From contig CAWGVY010000001.1 of the NCBI GenBank assembly GCA_963826185.1, positions 261,732 through 325,731 of the forward strand: a stretch of DNA of 64,000 bases, written 5' to 3'. The translations under genes and the position numbers were made by a program. Below the pieces are notes generated by a model, which saw nothing but the letters and a program-made list of their open reading frames with translations, had not been told where the DNA came from and searched no databases. Numbering within the stretch: the first letter of the stretch is position 1; every line of letters starts with the position of its first letter. Source of the DNA: an uncultured Actinomycetes bacterium (lineage in GTDB: Bacteria; Actinomycetota; UBA4738; HRBIN12). Positions 19,750 to 30,176 of the stretch are shown piece after piece.

Positions 19750-21006
19750 GTGGGTCCGAAAGGGTGTCCTTCCTTGCATACGTCACGGCGGATCGTGGTG
19801 ATTGGGGGCGGCCTCGCGGGCCTGAGCGCCGCCCGGGATCTGGAGGACGCCGGCGCCTCGGTCACCGTGCTAGAGGCGAGGGAGCGGGTCGGTGGACGGG
19901 TCTGGTCCTTGACCCTCACGAACGGGGCTGTCGTGGAGCTCGGCGCCGAGTGGATCATGGAGACGGACCGCGCCGTGCTCGGCCTGGCTGAACGCTTCGA
20001 GCTCGATGTGGTGGCGACGGGGGCGGACTACAGACGTCGGGAGCCCTGGGGGCCGGGAACGGCGTCCCTGGAGGTGCAGGATGCGTTCCTCCGGTCGGCC
20101 GAGGCTACCTGGGCCGAATTGTCCGCCTCCGAGAGAGCTGCCATGACCCTCGGTGGGTTCCTCGATGACGTTGATGGAGACGCAGCGGCCCGGTCGGCGG
20201 TCAAGGTCCGGCTCGCGGGCACGGCGGCCGCGGACCTGACGGGCGTGGCGCTCCGCGTGGCGGATACCGAGCGTCCCTTCGCCTCCGACGGTGGCACGTA
20301 CTACCGGATCGGGCGCGGGAACGGCGTCCTGCCCGAAGCCCTGGCTTCGTCACTGGCCGATGTCCGGACCGGACAGGTCGTGGATGCCGTCGAGCGCGAC
20401 GCTGCCGGCGCCACGGTGCACATGGGTCCCGACGCCGAGCGCGCCGACGCGGTGGTGGTGGCCGTGCCGGCGCCCATCTCAGCGCGGCTCCATCACGCGC
20501 CCGAGCTTCCCGAGGAGCTCGCGGAGGCGCTCGAGCAGTTGCCCATGGGCGAGGCGTCGAAGTTCGCCGTCGCAACCGATGAGCCACCCTCCGCCCGGGC
20601 GGTGCAGTGTTCGGACCTGTCGATGTGGTGTTGGGCAGCCAACGGTGAGGACGGCTTACCACGGCCGTGCATCGCGTCCTTCGCGGGGTCCCGGGAGGCC
20701 CAGGAGGCGCTGGACGTGACCTCCGGTCGGATCGGTCCCTGGCTGGATCGCCTCACCTCGATGAACCCCGACGTGGAGTTCGTGGGCGAGCCCGTCCTCT
20801 ACGCCTGGGCGGATGATCCGTTCACGCTGGGTGCGTACTCCGCCTGGGATAACCGATCGTGGGATCGGCGACCACTGTTCGAACGGCCGGTGGGGCGGCT
20901 GGCGTTCGCGGGGGAGCACACGGGCGGCGATCATTACGCCACGATGGAGGGTGCCGTGCGCAGTGGGATCCGCGCGGCCGCCCAGGTCCTGCAGTTGTTG
21001 GACTGA
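19750..21006 (+). CDS. flavin-containing amine oxidase (putrescine/polyamine-oxidase-like)
   Basis: 'RIVVIGGGLAGLSAARDLEDAG...VLEARERVGGR' dinucleotide and GG motifs. 418 aa. Start uncertain. Confidence 0.85.
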   Translation: MGPKGCPSLHTSRRIVVIGGGLAGLSAARDLEDAGASVTVLEARERVGGRVWSLTLTNGAVVELGAEWIMETDRAVLGLAERFELDVVATGADYRRREPWGPGTASLEVQDAFLRSAEATWAELSASERAAMTLGGFLDDVDGDAAARSAVKVRLAGTAAADLTGVALRVADTERPFASDGGTYYRIGRGNGVLPEALASSLADVRTGQVVDAVERDAAGATVHMGPDAERADAVVVAVPAPISARLHHAPELPEELAEALEQLPMGEASKFAVATDEPPSARAVQCSDLSMWCWAANGEDGLPRPCIASFAGSREAQEALDVTSGRIGPWLDRLTSMNPDVEFVGEPVLYAWADDPFTLGAYSAWDNRSWDRRPLFERPVGRLAFAGEHTGGDHYATMEGAVRSGIRAAAQVLQLLD

Positions 21007-21078
21007 CCCGCCAACCCCCCCATTGCTAGCATCCCGGCCTCACGCAGTGTCGATCGAACCAGGTGGAAGGGGAGCGCC

Positions 21079-21900
21079 GTGACCGAGGGAACCGTCGCCG
21101 AGCCTGTCTTGCTGACCGAGGACATCGGGCCGGTCCGCCGACTCACGATGAACCGCCCCGATGCGTTGAACGCGCTCAACCACGATCTGGTGGAGGCGAT
21201 GTCCGAGGCTCTGGGCGAGGCGAGCGGGGACCCATCCGTGCACGTCGTGATCCTTCGCGGCGCGGGACGGGCCTTCTGCTCCGGCTACGACCTGAACGAG
21301 GACGCGCGCGAGGGCGAGCTTGACGCCCAGCACTGGCATCGCTCCCTGGCCGAGAGCGTCGACCGCATGCTGGAGTTCACCGACTGCCCGAAGCCCACCA
21401 TCGCGCAGGTCCATTCCTATTGCCTCGCGGGGGGGACCGATCTGATGTTGGCCTGCGATCTGGCGGTGGCCGCCGACGACAGCTATTTCGGCTACGTCGA
21501 TATCAGGTTCGGGTCTGGCGTGGTGTCGATGTTCTTGCCGTGGGTGGTCGGCGCTCGGACGGCCAAGGAGATGCTGTTCACAGGCCAGGACCGCATCCCG
21601 GCCGACGAGGCGCTCCGGCTGGGTCTGGTCAACCGGGTCGTTGCGCGCGATCAGCTGGACGACGCCACCCTCGAGTTGGCCACGGAGATCGCCAAGAACG
21701 AGCCGTTCGTGGTGCAGACGGCGAAGCGAGCCGTGAACCGAGCGTGGGACGTCGCAGGGTTCCGCGCCGCCATGGCCGCCAACGTGGAGCTCGACGTGAT
21801 GATCGAGACCGCCAACCTTCCCGCTCGCGACGAGTTCCGCAGGATCACCCAGGAGCGCGGGTTGAAGGAGGCGATCGCGTGGCGCGACGCCCGCTACTGA
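21079..21900 (+). CDS. enoyl-CoA hydratase/isomerase (crotonase) family protein
   Basis: 273 aa. 'LTMNRPDALNAL', 'ILRGAGRAFCSGYDL', 'GYCLAGG'-like 'SYCLAGGTDL'. Confidence 0.88.
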   Translation: MTEGTVAEPVLLTEDIGPVRRLTMNRPDALNALNHDLVEAMSEALGEASGDPSVHVVILRGAGRAFCSGYDLNEDAREGELDAQHWHRSLAESVDRMLEFTDCPKPTIAQVHSYCLAGGTDLMLACDLAVAADDSYFGYVDIRFGSGVVSMFLPWVVGARTAKEMLFTGQDRIPADEALRLGLVNRVVARDQLDDATLELATEIAKNEPFVVQTAKRAVNRAWDVAGFRAAMAANVELDVMIETANLPARDEFRRITQERGLKEAIAWRDARY

Positions 21901-21908
21901 GCGGGGTG

Positions 21909-24009
21909 ATGAACCCTTCCGCCCTGCAACCGCTGCTCGCTCCGCGCTCGATCGCCGTGGTGGGTGCCTCTGAATCACCCGACAGTTGGGCGCCCGAGAT
22001 CGAACGATCGTTGCGCCATGTGGGGTTCGACGGGGATCTTTATCCGATCAACCCGAAGTACGACGAGGTGTGGGGGCGGCCATGCCTGGGCGGCATCCGC
22101 GAGCTGCCTCGCGGGGTGGATCTGGTCGTCTTCGTCGTGCCGGCTCGTGTGGTCGTGCGCATGATCGACGATTGCGGCGCGGCGGGCGTCCGCGGGATCA
22201 TGGTGGTCTCCTCGGGTTTCGCCGAGGCGGGTGACGAGGGACGGGCGCTTCAGGAGGAGCTCCGTCTGGCCGCGGTCCGTACCGGGATCCCGGTCTTAGG
22301 TCCCAACGTCGAGGGGTTCGTGAACTACGTCGATCGCGTGGCGCCCTACGGCACGGTGCCGCCGCCCAACCCGCTGCCCGGGCCGATCAGCGTGATCAGC
22401 CAGAGCGGCACCGTCGCGTGGGCGATGAACCAGATGGCCTCGGATCGAAGCGTGGGCCTGCGGATCATCCTGGGTGTCGGCAACGAGGCCGTGGTGGGGC
22501 TGGGGGACATGTTCGCCTGGGCGGCGGCCGACGCCAAGACCACCGTGGTCACCAGCTACATCGAGACGATGCGCGACGTGGACGGGATCGGGCGCGGGCT
22601 CGACGCGCTGCGCGACGCTCGCAAGCCGATCCTGATCTGCGCACCAGAGGGGCGGAGCGAGGCAGCCCGCCGGTCCATCGTGGCGCATACGGGCGCCCTG
22701 GCTGGAGACACGGCGATGCGCGATGCCTGGCTGAAGGGCCACGGCGTCGTCCTGGTCGACGATCCCGTCACGATGTTCGAGGCAGCGGTGCTGCTGTGCC
22801 ACGCCAGGAAGGTGAGGACCCCCGGGGTGGCGGCGGCTCTGCAGTCGGGCGGTGCCTGCACCCTGTTCGCCGAGGCTGCGGGAGGGCAGGGCCTCACGAT
22901 GCCGGAATTCTCGACCAAGACGAAGCGACGGCTCAAGCGGACGCTGCCGCACTACGCCTCGCAGAACAACCCGCTCGACGTGACGGGTCAGGCGGCGGTG
23001 GAGACGGGGATGTTCTGCGACGCGCTCGATGCGTTGGCGAACGATCCGGGCGTGGGGGTGGTGGTGTTCGACGCCTTCCCGCCCAGGCTTCCCGGCGAAG
23101 AGCCATGGGCCGGCCCGGTCCTGCGGAAGGTGCAGGAGCTCCGTCGATCCACCGGCGTGGTGTTCGTCAGCGTCGCCATGAGCCCGCTCGCATACGCGGC
23201 GGAGGCTGCGTCGTTCGTGCGTAGGTGGAGGCTCCCCGTTCCTCCAGGGTCACCGGGCGGCGACCGGCGCGATACGCGCGCTGATCGACCTCCAAGGGTT
23301 CCCGGCCCGGCCGGCGACGACGCGTGCGGGGCATCCGAACCGAGCGAAGGCTCTCCGGTCGCTCCGGGGGGCCGCCGGCCCATTGGACGAGGAGAAGGGC
23401 GCGAAGCTCCTCACCTGGTACGGGGTCGCCCGGCCGAAAGAGGCCACGGTTCGAACACCGGCCCAAGCCGCCGAGGCGGCGCGGTCGCTCGGGTTCCCGG
23501 TCGCCGTGAAGGCCCTGGCACCCGAGGTGCCGCACAAGGCCCGGCTGGGCGGCGTCCGGCTGGATCTCACGGATGCCGCCGATGTTGAGATCGCAGCGGC
23601 CGAGGTGCTCGCGGCCGCCGCACGTGCTGGCGCCGTGGCCCCGAAGGTCCTTGTGCAGCGGATGGCGACCGGGCACGAGGTGCTCGTCGGCGCGGTGGTC
23701 GACGAACGGTTCGGCCCGTGCATCACGATCCGACCCGGAGGCGCGCTCGCGGAACTCGGTGAGGCGGTCTTCGCGGCCTGCCCGCTGACCCCGGCGCAGG
23801 CGGAGGCCTACGTGCGTTCGCAGGCCGACCGATGCGGCCTGGATCCGGCTCTGCACGATCTAGCCGCCACGGCCAAAGCTGTGGGCGCGATCGCGAGAGC
23901 CGCGCACGATCTCCGGAACCGCCTCACGTCGCTGGAGGCCAACCCGCTGTTGGTGAGCTCGCGCGGGGCTGTAGCGGTGGACGCGTTGGCCGAAGCGCGC
24001 TCCGGGTGA
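21909..24009 (+). CDS. ADP-forming acyl-CoA synthetase (CoA-binding/ligase domains plus ATP-grasp domain), with one frame break
   Basis: Frame 0: 'MNPSALQPLLAPRSIAVVGASESP...'. Frame 1 from about 23224: 'GGSPFLQGHRAATGAIRALIDLQ...LDEEKGAKLLTWYGV...' (ATP-grasp). Break within 23182-23225. Confidence 0.8.
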
Positions 24010-24860
24010 TCCTCGGACTGTTCGCGGCGCTCGGCTGGGGCTCGGCCGACTACTTCGGGGCGCTGGCCGGCCGCCGGATGGGCAGCCTGGCCACCGTCGT
24101 GGTCGGCCAGGTGCTCTCGGCAGCGTTCATGACCGCGATCTTGGTCGCGTCGGGCACCTCGATCGGAACCCTCGGCTCCGTGATCGGGCTGGTCGCGCTC
24201 AACGGGGTGTTCACCGCCACCGCCTACGCCACGCATTACCGGGCCCTGGAACTGGGGCCGGTGCTGGTGGTGTCGCCGATCGGCGCCTCGTTCGCCGTGG
24301 TGACGATCGCGCTGTCGATGATCTTCCTGGGCGAGCGACCGGCGCCGATCCAGCTGGCGGGGGCGTTGGTCACCGTCATCGGCGTCATGCTCGTCTCCAC
24401 GGACATCCGGGCGTTGCGAGCCGGGATGCGTGACCATCCGGCAGGTCTCCCATGGGCGGTCGTGGCGGCCCTCGGTTTCGGCGTGGCGGCCTTCCTCCTG
24501 GGGTACGTCTCGAAGGAGGCGGGATGGGTCGCGGGACTGTGGGGATCGAGGATGGCGCAGGTGGCGTGCTTCATCCCCCTGATCGCGATCCGCCGCACCG
24601 AGATGGGCCGACTCAAGACGGCTGGCGCCGGCGTGATCGGGCTGGCCCTGGCGGCGGGGGCCGCCGACATCCTGGGTGTCACGACGTACTCGATCGGCGC
24701 CGAGCGAGGGTTGCTGTCCATCGTCGTCGCGGCGAGCGCCGTTTTCCCGTTGGTGGCCGTCATCCTGTCGTACGTCTACCTGCACGAGCGCCTGGTCCCG
24801 AACCAGTATGCGGGCATCGGATTGGTGGTGGGGGGATTGCTCCTGCTCGGCCTCGCGTGA
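24006..24860 (+). CDS. EamA/DMT family transporter
   Basis: GTG at 24006 overlaps the upstream TGA (GTGA). 10 TM segments. 'WGSADYFGALAGRR'. Confidence 0.8.
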   Translation: MILGLFAALGWGSADYFGALAGRRMGSLATVVVGQVLSAAFMTAILVASGTSIGTLGSVIGLVALNGVFTATAYATHYRALELGPVLVVSPIGASFAVVTIALSMIFLGERPAPIQLAGALVTVIGVMLVSTDIRALRAGMRDHPAGLPWAVVAALGFGVAAFLLGYVSKEAGWVAGLWGSRMAQVACFIPLIAIRRTEMGRLKTAGAGVIGLALAAGAADILGVTTYSIGAERGLLSIVVAASAVFPLVAVILSYVYLHERLVPNQYAGIGLVVGGLLLLGLA

Positions 24861-24870
24861 GGCCGCGTGG

Positions 24871-25266
24871 TCATTTCGTCTCGCTGATCTCCATCAGGTG
24901 GCCGTCGGGGTCGCGGAAGAAGGCCCGGATCTCCCAGTCCGACTCGACCGGCGGCGTGAGGAACCGTGCTCCACGGCCCTCGAGCAGTGCGTGCGCCGCC
25001 CGGCAGTCGGGAACCCTGAACGTCATCGAGTGGCTCACGCGATCCAGATCGGGCGGCACCTCGAATGTGACCGTCGGCTTATCGACGGTCGGCGGGCCTC
25101 CCGTCACCAGCAGGAGCCATGTTCCCATCAACCGCATGACGCAGGATGTGCCGCCGTACGACCGCTCGACCTCGGCGCCCACGACGTCGCGATAGAACGC
25201 GGTCGCTTCAGCAAGATCACGCACCACCAGGATGTGCGTGACCTCCGAGCCCCAGTCTGTCGCCAC
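24871..25266 (-). CDS. VOC/glyoxalase family protein
   Basis: 131 aa. 'THILVVRDLAEATAFYRDVVG...FFRDPDGHLMEI'. Confidence 0.8.
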   Translation of the reverse strand: MATDWGSEVTHILVVRDLAEATAFYRDVVGAEVERSYGGTSCVMRLMGTWLLLVTGGPPTVDKPTVTFEVPPDLDRVSHSMTFRVPDCRAAHALLEGRGARFLTPPVESDWEIRAFFRDPDGHLMEISETK

Positions 25267-25269
25267 CCG

Positions 25270-26928
25270 TCAGCTCTCGCGGTGCCGATAGAAGTCGACC
25301 GGCTCCGCCGGCAGCGGTGTGTTGCCCAGGACCAGATCGGCGGCTTTCTCCGCCACCATCATCACCGGCGCGTAGATGTTACCGTTGGTGACGTAGGGCA
25401 TCACCGACGCATCAACGACCCGAAGGCCGTCGAGCCCATGCACCCGCATGCTGGCCGGGTCGGTGACCGAGAGGTCATCGATGCCCATCCTCGCGGTGCA
25501 CGAGGGATGCAGGGCCGTTTCGGCGTCCCTAGCCACCCACTCCAGGATCTGCTCGTCGGTCTCCACGCTGGGACCGGGTGAGAGCTCGCCGTCGTTGAAC
25601 GGGTCGAACGCGGGCTGGTTCAGGATGCTGCGGGCCGCGTGGATCGCCTCGACCCACTCGCGACGGTCCTGCTCGGTCGAAAGGTAGTTGAACGTCATCG
25701 CCGGGTGCTCCCGGGGATCGGCGCTCTTCACCGTGATGGATCCGCGGGCGTCGGAGTACATGGGGCCGATGTGCACCTGGTACCCGTGGTCGGTCGCCGG
25801 CGCGGATCCGTCGTAGCGGATCGCGATGGGCAGGAAGTGGAACATCAGGTTCGGGTAGTCGACGTCTTCGTCCCCCCGGACGAAGCCGCCGGCTTCGAAG
25901 TGGTTGGTGGCTCCCAGTCCGCTCCTGAAGAACAACCACTGGGCTCCGATGAAGGGCCGGCGCCACATCTTCATCCCCGGGGCGATCGAGACCGGTTGCT
26001 TGCACGCGTATTGGATGTACACCTCCAGGTGGTCTTGCAGGTGCTGGCCCACGCCGGGGAGGTCGTGCACGACGTCGATCCCCAGCGGCCGGAGATCCTC
26101 GGCGTTGCCCACCCCCGAAAGTTGGAGCAATTGCGGGGTGTTGATCGCCCCGCCGCACAGAACGACCTCGCCGGCCCGCACGACGATGGCGTCGCTCCGG
26201 CCATGCGTGTATTCCACGCCGACGGCCCGCGTCCCCTCGAACAGGATCTTCGTGACGAACGCCCTCGTCTTCACGTCGAGGTTGGGTCGCGACATCACGG
26301 GGTGGAGGTAGGCGCGCGCCGCCGAGAGCCTCCGACCCCGATGGACGTTGCGGTCGAAGGGCGCGAAGCCCTCCTGGCGGAACCCGTTGACGTCGTCGGT
26401 GAGCGGGTAGCCCGCCTGTTGCACGGCTTCGAAGAAGGCGCCGAACAGCGGGCTGGTGGCGGGGCCACGCTCGAGGACGAGCGGTCCGGCGTGCCCCCGG
26501 AACGCGTCGTCCCGGTCCGCGGCGAGGCACCGCTCCATGCGCTTGAAGTAAGGGAGGCAGTGCGCGTAGTCCCACGTCTGCATCCCAGGATCGGACGCCC
26601 ACCGCTCGTAATCGAGCGGGTTCCCGCGCTGGAAGATCATGCCGTTGATGCTGCTGGAGCCACCCAGCACCTTGCCGCGGGCGTGGTAGATGCGCCGCCC
26701 GTTCATGTGGGGTTCGGGTTCGGATTCGTACTTCCAGTCGTAGAGACGGTTCCCGATGGGGAACGCCAAGGCGGCGGGCATGTGGATGAAGGCGTCCCAG
26801 ATGTAGTCGGATCGGCCCGCCTCCAGGACGAGGACCCGGTTCGACGGATCCGCGCTCAGGCGGTTGCCGAGGGCGCTTCCCGCAGACCCCCCGCCGACGA
26901 CTACGAAGTCGTATCGCCCCCCACCCAT
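25270..26928 (-). CDS. betA: choline dehydrogenase (GMC oxidoreductase)
   Basis: 552 aa. '[20 protein letters not shown]', '[13 protein letters not shown]', C-terminal 'HPSCTARMG' and 'VVDASVMP'. Confidence 0.9.
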   Translation of the reverse strand: MGGGRYDFVVVGGGSAGSALGNRLSADPSNRVLVLEAGRSDYIWDAFIHMPAALAFPIGNRLYDWKYESEPEPHMNGRRIYHARGKVLGGSSSINGMIFQRGNPLDYERWASDPGMQTWDYAHCLPYFKRMERCLAADRDDAFRGHAGPLVLERGPATSPLFGAFFEAVQQAGYPLTDDVNGFRQEGFAPFDRNVHRGRRLSAARAYLHPVMSRPNLDVKTRAFVTKILFEGTRAVGVEYTHGRSDAIVVRAGEVVLCGGAINTPQLLQLSGVGNAEDLRPLGIDVVHDLPGVGQHLQDHLEVYIQYACKQPVSIAPGMKMWRRPFIGAQWLFFRSGLGATNHFEAGGFVRGDEDVDYPNLMFHFLPIAIRYDGSAPATDHGYQVHIGPMYSDARGSITVKSADPREHPAMTFNYLSTEQDRREWVEAIHAARSILNQPAFDPFNDGELSPGPSVETDEQILEWVARDAETALHPSCTARMGIDDLSVTDPASMRVHGLDGLRVVDASVMPYVTNGNIYAPVMMVAEKAADLVLGNTPLPAEPVDFYRHRES

Positions 26929-27038
26929 ACTGGGGGAGTGTGTACCAGGTACCCCTATGCGTGCACACGTGCCGTTGCCGATACCGCAACCCCTGACTTG
27001 CGCCGTCGCCGTCGGAGGCCGACACTCGACCGGTTCCT

Positions 27039-28079
27039 ATGGGGAGGGTGCCCTTGACTGATCCGTCGAACGTCACGGTTTCTTGCCGCAACGTGTGGAA
27101 GGTCTACGGACCGAAGGCTGAACGGATCGTCGGGTCAGAGGACGCCAAACTCCCGCGGGCCGAGCTCCTGGAGAAGACTGGTTGCGTCGCCGCGGTCCGC
27201 GACGTCTCGTTCGATGTCGCTCCCGGCGAGGTCTTCGTGGTCATGGGCCTGTCGGGCAGCGGGAAATCGACGCTGGTCCGCATGTTGAACCGGATCCACG
27301 ACCCCACCGCGGGGGAGATCCTGATCGACGGCGACGATGTGCTCGCCATGAACGACGAGCAGCTCCGCCAACTTCGCCGCCGCAAGATCAGCATGGTGTT
27401 CCAGCACTTCGGACTGCTGCCCCATCGCCGCATCGGCGACAACGTGGCGTTCGGCCTGGAGATCCAAGGAGAGAGCAAGGAAGCCCGTGCCACCAAGTCT
27501 CGGGACGTCCTGGAGACCGTGGGTCTGGGCGGATGGGCGGACCACTTCCCGGACGAACTGTCCGGCGGCATGCAGCAGCGCGTGGGACTAGCTCGCGCGC
27601 TGGCGACCGATCCGGAGATCATGCTGTTCGATGAGCCGTTCAGCGCCCTCGACCCGTTGATCCGTCGTGACATGCAGAACGAGGTGGTGCGCCTCCAGAA
27701 AGAGGTGAAGAAGACGATGATCTTCATCACCCACGATCTCGCAGAAGCGCTGAAGCTCGGCGATCGCATCGCGATCATGAAGGACGGGCATTTCGTGCAG
27801 GTGGGGACGCCGGAGGAGGTCGTGGCACACCCTGCCGACGACTACGTGGCCGACTTCACGAAGGAGGTCCCCGGGCCCACGTCCTCACGGCCCGCGCGAT
27901 CATGCGCCCGCCGAACGGGGGCGACGGACGGTCCTGTCGTCGACGTCGCCACCGTGGTGCAGGACCTCATCCCGATGGTGGCTCACGCCGATCCCACGAT
28001 CCGCGTCACGGAAGGGGACGCCGTGGTGGGCCTCGTCGACCGCGATGCCGTGATGTCCGCGTTGGTGGAGGAACACTAA
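27039..28079 (+). CDS. proV: glycine betaine/proline ABC transporter ATP-binding protein
   Basis: 'GLSGSGKST', 'LSGGMQQRVGLARAL', 'MLFDEPFSALD' and a C-terminal CBS-like tail. Start uncertain. Contains a locally compensated frame excursion (see findings). Confidence 0.88.
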   Translation: MGRVPLTDPSNVTVSCRNVWKVYGPKAERIVGSEDAKLPRAELLEKTGCVAAVRDVSFDVAPGEVFVVMGLSGSGKSTLVRMLNRIHDPTAGEILIDGDDVLAMNDEQLRQLRRRKISMVFQHFGLLPHRRIGDNVAFGLEIQGESKEARATKSRDVLETVGLGGWADHFPDELSGGMQQRVGLARALATDPEIMLFDEPFSALDPLIRRDMQNEVVRLQKEVKKTMIFITHDLAEALKLGDRIAIMKDGHFVQVGTPEEVVAHPADDYVADFTKEVPGPTSSRPARSCARRTGATDGPVVDVATVVQDLIPMVAHADPTIRVTEGDAVVGLVDRDAVMSALVEEH

Positions 28080-28290
28080 GCATGGCCGTCGCGCCACCGC
28101 GATCGCAGACCCCATTCGAACAGGTCGCCGCTCCGCCGTCGATCGCCTCGTCGGGGAGTCCGTGGCCTCGGCGGATCGCTGGAGCGAGAGCGGCGCGAGG
28201 TCGGTGAGGTGGTGGCGGTTGCCGCTGTGGTCGTGATCGTAGTCGTTCATCGGTCTACAGCTCACGCCCGGCTTCCCGGAGAAGTGGATC

Positions 28291-29150
28291 GTGGACGTCA
28301 CCCGTTGGTTCGATGCCTTCCGCGACTGGGCGATCCTGAACCGCACCACCAGCCCTTTGTTCGTCTACTTCCTTACGCCGATCGGGGACTTCGCGACCCA
28401 GGTGGTGACCAACACGATCCTGCTGCTCGAACGCATGACGTGGCTCGGGCTGGTGGTGACCGCCGCCGCGATCTCCGGTCTGGTGGCGGGGTGGAAGATG
28501 GCGGTCCTGGCCGGGGCAGGGGTTCTGAGCTTCGGTCTGCTCGGGGTATGGGACGCCGCCATCGAGACCATGGCGCTGATGCTCGTGGCCGTGGTCCTCG
28601 CCCTCCTGATCGGGATCCCGTTGGGCATCTGGGCCGGTCGTCGTCCTCGGGTGGAGCGCGTGCTGCGCCCGATCCTGGACGCGATGCAGACGATCCCCGC
28701 CTACTCCTACCTCTTGCCGTTCGTCCTTCTGTTCGGGATCGGGGACGCGCCGGCGCTGATGGCCACGCTGGCCTTCGCCCTCCCGCCGGCGATCCGGCTG
28801 ACGGCGCTGGGGATCCGTTCGGTGCCCGGTTCATCACTCGAGGTCGCGGACGCGTTCGGTTCCACCGACCGCCAGAAGTTGCGCCTGGTGCAGGTCCCCC
28901 TCGCCAAGCCGTCGATCATGCTTGGTGTGAACCAGACGATCATGATGGCGCTGGGGATCGTCGTGATCGCCGCGTTCGTTGGCGCTGGCGGTCTGGGCCA
29001 GACGGTGCTGGACGGGCTGCAGCGCCTGAGCGTCGGCTCGGCGCTGAACGGGGGCGTCGCCATCGTCATCATGGCGGTTGTGCTCGACCGGGTCACCACG
29101 GCCTGGAGCCTGCGTGAACGTCGCCGGGTCCGTCCACCACACTCGGAGAA
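28291..29150 (+). CDS. proW: glycine betaine ABC permease, first transmembrane domain (ProW-like); N-terminus and 3' boundary unresolved
   Basis: Intact frame-1 segment: '...LDAMQTIPAYSYLLPFVLLFGIGDAPALMATLAFALPPAIRLTALGIRSVP...QVPLAKPSIMLGVNQTIMMALG'. Likely N-terminal pieces lie upstream in other frames (ATG 28082 in frame 2; GTG 28209 'VVAVAAVVVIVVV' in frame 0). No stop codon before the second domain. Confidence 0.7.
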
Positions 29151-30176
29151 CTACGAGCTGAGCCGTCGGCAGCTGACGATCATCGCCGCCGCCGCCATCG
29201 TTGCCGCGGTTCTGATCGGCCGGCAGGTCCTGCGGCAGCAGGGGTTCCCGGAGGGACTAGTTCTCGCTCGCCGGACCCACGGACACCTTCGTGGATTGGC
29301 TGCAGGCGACGTTCGGGAACTCACGAGCGCGATGAGCGACTTCATCCTTGATATATGCTGGATCCGATCGAGGATCTGTTCACGGGTGTGCCCTGGTGGA
29401 TGATGGCGGCGCCTTTGCGCTGATCGGATACAGGGTGTCCGGGATCCGGCTGGCGATCGGCGAGTTCTGCTGCATCGCTGGGCTGGGCGTGCTGGGCATG
29501 TGGGATCTGTCGATGGGCACGCTCAGTCAGGTGCTCGTGGCGGTCGTCATCACGATCGCGTGCGCGATCCCCTCGGGATCCTGTCGGCCCGTAGCGACCG
29601 CTTCGAACGATGGTCCAAGCCGGTGCTGGACGCGATGCAGACGATGCCGGCGTTCGTGTACTTGGTTCCGGTGTTGTTTCTGGTCGAGCCCGGCCGCGTG
29701 CCTGCGATCATCGCTTCCTTCGTCTACGCTTGCCCCCATGGCGATCAGGCTCACGAACCTGGGGATCCGCCAGGTGCCCAAGGAGATCGTCGAGGCCAGC
29801 GAATCCTTCGGGCCCTACCACGGCCAGACTGCTCCGCAAGGTGCAGGTCCCGCTGGCGAAGCCGTCGATCCTGCTCGGCGTGAACCAGACGATCATGATG
29901 GTCCTCTCGGTCGTGATCATCGCCGGGCTGATCGGGGCAGCGGGCCTCGGGCAGGAGGTAGTGTTCGCGCTCGGGAAGCAGCAGATCGGCCGCGGGGTGG
30001 TCGCAGGGGTCTGCATCATGCTCCTCGCCGTCTCTATTGACCGTATAACTCAAGCGATGGGTTCTGGCTCGGCGAACGAGGGGCCCGGGCGGTATCGGGT
30101 TGCCCGCCCGGACACGGATGCGTGTCGTGCATGTTCATCTCGGCAAGGCCGACCGGAGGGAAAGGGGATCGGATGA
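29151..30176 (+). pseudogene. glycine betaine ABC permease, second transmembrane domain (ProZ-like), broken by about 7 frame changes
   Basis: Conserved pieces alternate between frames: 'FSLAGPTDTFVDWLQATFGNS' (f2), 'AMSDFILD' (f1), 'LDPIEDLFTGVPWWMMAA' (f0), 'AFALIGYRVSGIRLAIGEF...' (f2), 'LGILSARSDRFERWSKPVLDAMQTMPAFVYLVP...' (f1), 'PPMAIRLTNLGIRQVPKEIVEASESFG' (f2), 'RKVQVPLAKPSILLGVNQTIMMVL...' (f0). The frame-0 stop overlaps the proX ATG (ATGA at 30173). Confidence 0.75.

Noticed and set aside
21420-21908. N-terminal extension of the acyl-CoA synthetase ORF (track start 21420), and similar 5' extensions of ORFs 35495, 37138, 59377, 23832, 55376 and 48837.
   Set aside because: The extensions overlap the preceding, well-supported genes in another frame and are Arg-rich nonsense. 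Internal starts with SD sites or ATGA/GTGA overlaps give proteins of the expected length.
29114-29117. GTGA as the original proW stop / proZ start junction.
   Set aside because: It is plausible, but it needs two further unverified frame changes. GTGA tetramers are also frequent in this GC-rich DNA. I left it as a note, not a call.
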